Origin: Thermostichus sp. DRC_bins_24
Lineage (GTDB): Bacteria; Cyanobacteriota; Cyanobacteriia; Thermostichales; Thermostichaceae
DNA length: 62,292 nucleotides
NCBI GenBank assembly: GCA_039794845.1
Contig: JAUQVK010000004.1
Coordinates: 1-62,292, forward strand
Direction: 5' to 3'
Shown here in pieces: positions 58,744 to 62,292 of the stretch (its first letter is position 1; each line of letters opens with the position of its first letter). The position numbers and the translations under genes were made by a program. The notes under the pieces were generated by a model. It ran no database searches. It saw nothing but the letters and a program-made list of their open reading frames with translations, and had not been told where the DNA came from.

Positions 58744-60357
58744 TCAACCCGCAGCACGCGGGATCCCCAGCGTGGTGATGTAGAGGGCGGCCTCTGAGGT
58801 GGGGATCCCGAGCACTTCATTCACTTGATTGTCAAAAAAACCGGCAATGCCGCTCACCCCGATCCCCAGGCGGACTGCCGCCAGGTTCAGACGTTGCCCC
58901 AAGTGCCCAGCATCCAGGTGGAGATACCGGTAGGCCCGTTCCCCGTAGCGAGCTACGGCCTTGGCCAAATCCGCGGTGTGAAAAACAATCGCTGCCGCAT
59001 CCCGGCCCAGTTCTTGCCCCAGACACAGTTGGAAAACCTCACTGCGGAAATTTTTGAAACGAATCTGCCGCAGCTCTTGCGCCTGTACCGCGTAGTAGTA
59101 GCATCCCGCCTCCAGGCCCTCCACGCCATTGGCCACCACAAAGGTTTCCACCAAGCTGCGATCAAAATAATCGGGGGCGCCATCCAAACCCTGGGCTGCA
59201 TAGTGCTCGGCATGATAAGCAAAATCCAACAGGGCCAGCAGCGTTTGCAGGGGCAGATCTTCGCCGGTAAAGTGGCGGGTAGAGCGCCGCTTAAGAATGC
59301 TGCGCACCAACTCCTGCAGGTGTTGTCCCCAGTTGATGGGCTCGGTGGCGGTGCTGACGCGCAGGCAAAAGGGAAAGTTGTACTTGTCGCCGGCCGGTTC
59401 TGGGGGGATCTGCGGCGGGTTGAGGGGCAATTCACCCTCGATGCGGCTGACCCGATGGAGGAAGGGCAACCAGTCGCCATCCTTGAGGGTAGGCACGTGG
59501 GTGACGATGGGCGAGCTGAGGGCCGGGGCCGGGTTGCAAGGCCAGCTGCTCCGAGGACTTTCCGGGAGAGCTTCTGGGCCAGAGGACTGCCAAAGATCCA
59601 ACAGCGGGATCACCACCAAGGTTCCCTCCTCCTGCGGATTCAAAAACAGCAGTTCTTCCAGGATTTGGTCGCGAAAGCCCCCCAGCAAATAGGCTCGATA
59701 GCCGGTCAGGCTGGCCGCCAGCTCGATATTCCCCAGTAGGTGGCCACTGTCCAGACAAATGCGACGGTAGGCCCGATCCTCATAGCGCCAAGCGGAGCGG
59801 AAAAACACCGCCGACACCACCAGGGCCAGAGAACACTGGCTCAACACCTCCCCTCCCGGACAGCCGGCTTGCAAACGTTCCCAGCGGCTCTCATCCCAAA
59901 ATCGCACCAGGCTGTGGCTGCGCACCTGGTAGTTGTAGAGGCCCGCAGGGATCCCCGGGATCCCTTGGGAGATCAAATACAGCTCGGCGGGGTACAGCCC
60001 TCCTGCAGAAGGGGCCGACCGCATGTAGAAAGGTTGGTTGGCATAGGGGATCACCAAGGTCACCCCGTAGCTAAAAAACAACAGCTGCGAGAGCCGTCGC
60101 CGATGCCAAAGGGCCACTTGGGACAGGGCTTCTCCCTGCGATTGAAATTCCGATGCAGGGGAGGGGCCAGAGCCCGACCCATCCTGTTGCAAATGAGTGC
60201 GCAGGGACAATAGTTTTCCCACAGCGGCAGGATAGTCTTTGTAGGGTTGTGGCTGACGGCTCCAGTCCAGTTGACGTGGATTGCGGGCTAACCCTTCGGG
60301 AGAGTATTTGGTGAACTCGTGGTAGAGCAAACTGGCACAAGCGGTGGGCTGAGACAT
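58744..60357 (-). CDS. SagB/ThcOx family tandem nitroreductase
   Basis: RSAPSAGGLYP, WRYEDRAYR, KRRSTR, YGERAYRYLHLDAG. Confidence 0.9.
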   Translation of the reverse strand: MSQPTACASLLYHEFTKYSPEGLARNPRQLDWSRQPQPYKDYPAAVGKLLSLRTHLQQDGSGSGPSPASEFQSQGEALSQVALWHRRRLSQLLFFSYGVTLVIPYANQPFYMRSAPSAGGLYPAELYLISQGIPGIPAGLYNYQVRSHSLVRFWDESRWERLQAGCPGGEVLSQCSLALVVSAVFFRSAWRYEDRAYRRICLDSGHLLGNIELAASLTGYRAYLLGGFRDQILEELLFLNPQEEGTLVVIPLLDLWQSSGPEALPESPRSSWPCNPAPALSSPIVTHVPTLKDGDWLPFLHRVSRIEGELPLNPPQIPPEPAGDKYNFPFCLRVSTATEPINWGQHLQELVRSILKRRSTRHFTGEDLPLQTLLALLDFAYHAEHYAAQGLDGAPDYFDRSLVETFVVANGVEGLEAGCYYYAVQAQELRQIRFKNFRSEVFQLCLGQELGRDAAAIVFHTADLAKAVARYGERAYRYLHLDAGHLGQRLNLAAVRLGIGVSGIAGFFDNQVNEVLGIPTSEAALYITTLGIPRAAG

Positions 60358-60443
60358 AGCGGCAAGAAGGAGAAGAGAAGGGCAAAAGCCGAGAACGGGC
60401 GGAGGATTGCACAGGGGAGGATTTCACAAGTGTACCGCTCTCC

Positions 60444-60812
60444 TCAGGGAAACCAGCGACCCCCGGGAATGAGCCGACACCCCTGTACCTGCTCCGCTCG
60501 GCCCAAATAAACCCAGGCAAAGGTGCCACTATCCAGGCACAACCACTGCCGTTCGTACACCCGCGGATGCTCCTCCAGCTCATCCAAGCGGGACAACAAA
60601 GTCAGGGGAATGCGGTAGCACTCCCCGTAGAGCCTATTTTGGCCGCGGATCGCCATCGGATAGGGGCCGAGATCGTAGAGATCGATGTGGTTGAGGCTGT
60701 CTGTCCCCAGAAACTCTGCTCCTTGCATCAGGCTGTGGTACTGGCCGCCCCGCAGCAGGGAGCCGTAGACAAAAACCACTGTTGTTGATTCCGTTGTTGA
60801 TTGTTGATCCAT
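60444..60812 (-). CDS. Gamma-glutamylcyclotransferase family protein
   Basis: FVYGSL, GECY, LDELE, YER. Confidence 0.9.
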   Translation of the reverse strand: MDQQSTTESTTVVFVYGSLLRGGQYHSLMQGAEFLGTDSLNHIDLYDLGPYPMAIRGQNRLYGECYRIPLTLLSRLDELEEHPRVYERQWLCLDSGTFAWVYLGRAEQVQGCRLIPGGRWFP

Positions 60813-60831
60813 GACTTTGCAAAGTTAGGAT

Positions 60832-61446
60832 CTACTGGGGAGACTGGGCCAATTTTTCACCAATACGCGGCTCCACACCGGCCAGCAAGCGCTCGATATT
60901 GCGCCGATGGGTCGCCACCACATACAGCCCCCCTGCCAAGGCAAACAACAGATAGGGCAAGGGCTGAGCCGCCGCCCACATCAGCAAAGGCGCCGACACC
61001 GCCGCCAAAATCGAACTCAAGGAGACAATGCGGGTGAGGGCGATCCCCAGCAGCCACACCCCAAAAATTGCCAAGGCCACCGGCCAAGACAGGGCCAACA
61101 AAATGCCCAGGCTGGTGGCTACCGATTTGCCCCCTCTAAAGCCCAGCCAACAGGAACGGCTATGGCCAATCACCGCCGCCAACGCCGCCAAGACTGCCCA
61201 CCACGGGGATCCCAGCGCCAACCCCAGGGCCACCGCCGCCGCCCCCTTCAGAGCATCCACCAGCAACACCAGCAGTGCCGGTCCTTTGCCCAAAGTCCGC
61301 AGCACATTCGTCGCCCCCGTAGAGCCGGATCCTTGTTGGCGAAGGTCAATCCCCCCCCACCAGCGCCCCACCCAGTACCCCGTCGGGATCGAACCGAGGA
61401 AATAGCCGCTCACTAGGGCAAGGAGGGCCAAAAAAGGTGCGGGCAT
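60832..61446 (-). CDS. plsY: Glycerol-3-phosphate acyltransferase
   Basis: GSIPTG, GSGSTGATNVLR, GGKSVAT, HRRNIERL. Confidence 0.96.
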   Translation of the reverse strand: MPAPFLALLALVSGYFLGSIPTGYWVGRWWGGIDLRQQGSGSTGATNVLRTLGKGPALLVLLVDALKGAAAVALGLALGSPWWAVLAALAAVIGHSRSCWLGFRGGKSVATSLGILLALSWPVALAIFGVWLLGIALTRIVSLSSILAAVSAPLLMWAAAQPLPYLLFALAGGLYVVATHRRNIERLLAGVEPRIGEKLAQSPQ

Positions 61447-61702
61447 GTCAGGATCTTGAACGCTCTCCCCTCACTTTGCCACATTATCTGTTGCAGAGCA
61501 GGTACAGCCCTTGCGCGGGTTTTCTGCAGCAAGGATTGTGCTTCCTCAGCCTTCTAGAGAGCGGATCCTAACTCCCACAGTTGTTATACGTGACTAGCGA
61601 AAGGGCTGTAACAGCCTTTCCCAGCAGGGCAAACGCAGATTCAGGCTAGATTGGATCCCTCTGCGAACTTCTTGCGAACTTCTGTTGTTGGGGTCTGGCG
61701 GC

Positions 61703-62292
61703 ATGAGCTCTCCGGCTATCCAGTGGTATCCCGGTCATATTGCCAAAGCGATCGGCCAGTTGCGAGACCAGTTGCAGCGGGTGGATGTGGTGATCGAGGT
61801 GTTGGATGCGCGGATCCCGTTGGCCAGTCGTCATCCTGAGCTGGGGGGTTGGTTGGGAGAGAAACCGCGCCTCTTGGCTCTGAACAAAGTGGATTGCATT
61901 GAAGCAAGGGATCTGAAGGCTTGGCAGGATTGGTTTTTGCGGCAAGGTTTGCCAGGGGACGGCGGGCAAGGGGTCCCGGTCTATCCCACCAATGGTCAGT
62001 CTGGAGAAGGGGTGAACCGCCTCAAGCAGGCGGTTCTGCAACTGGGGCAATCGGTGAATGCACGGCGCCAGCAACGGGGGATGCGCCCTCGCGCCATTCG
62101 AGCCGTGGTGGTGGGCTTTCCCAATGTGGGCAAATCCGCCTTGCTAAATCGGCTGTTGGGGCGGCGGGTGGCGGACAGCGCAGCACGACCCGGGGTAACG
62201 CGGCAACTGCGGTGGGTGCGGCTGGGAGGAGAGCTGGATCTCCTAGACTCGCCAGGGATCATCCCCCCTTCTTTGCCCGATCAACAGGCGGC
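61703..62292 (+). CDS. rbgA: Ribosome biogenesis GTPase RbgA/YlqF (runs off the window end)
   Basis: Manual translation: IQWYPGHIAKA, DARIP, NKVD, GFPNVGKS, DSPG; not in ORF track. Confidence 0.93.
   Translation, partial: MSSPAIQWYPGHIAKAIGQLRDQLQRVDVVIEVLDARIPLASRHPELGGWLGEKPRLLALNKVDCIEARDLKAWQDWFLRQGLPGDGGQGVPVYPTNGQSGEGVNRLKQAVLQLGQSVNARRQQRGMRPRAIRAVVVGFPNVGKSALLNRLLGRRVADSAARPGVTRQLRWVRLGGELDLLDSPGIIPPSLPDQQA

Larger units (their letters stand above)
1..62292. repeat. Highly iterated octameric palindrome GGGATCCC (HIP variant), dispersed throughout
   Basis: Dozens of copies in coding and intergenic DNA (e.g. 768, 1381, 11921, 45202); canonical GCGATCGC seen only rarely (e.g. 3615). 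Exact count not computed. Confidence 0.9.

Noticed and set aside
58744..60357. SagB-like gene as part of a RiPP cluster
   Set aside because: No YcaO, precursor peptide or exporter nearby; this tandem-domain form is commonly stand-alone.

Overview
GC-rich cyanobacterial chromosome segment, most consistent with a hot-spring Synechococcus/Thermostichus (OS-A/OS-B' type). The evidence is the cpcBA-D-E-F-G operon, psb27, trxC, NTRC, Tic22 and very frequent GGGATCCC palindromes, with canonical HIP1 (GCGATCGC) rare. Most of the window is housekeeping: cbiD, pdxA, cpcS, pip, prmC, trpA, minCDE, plsY, rbgA and a polar amino-acid ABC transporter. I found no rRNA, tRNA, CRISPR array or transposase. The most interesting part is about 2-13.3 kb. 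It holds a multidomain ExeM/NucH lipoprotein nuclease behind a three-repeat Pho box, a stand-alone 487-aa protein with an unrecognised Cys/His-rich N-terminus fused to a PD-(D/E)XK nuclease, and an uncharacterised secreted protein. It also holds a desaturase-like oxygenase / MetX-fold hydrolase / GlnT-type ligase cluster with an NtcA-type promoter, which looks like an undescribed nitrogen-scavenging pathway. Smaller signals include an unannotated translationally coupled 35-aa ORF, an operator-containing promoter on an HNH gene, an orphan HypB, a Psb27 without a lipobox and structured or repeated intergenic spacers. All family assignments come from motif recognition by eye, not database searches.
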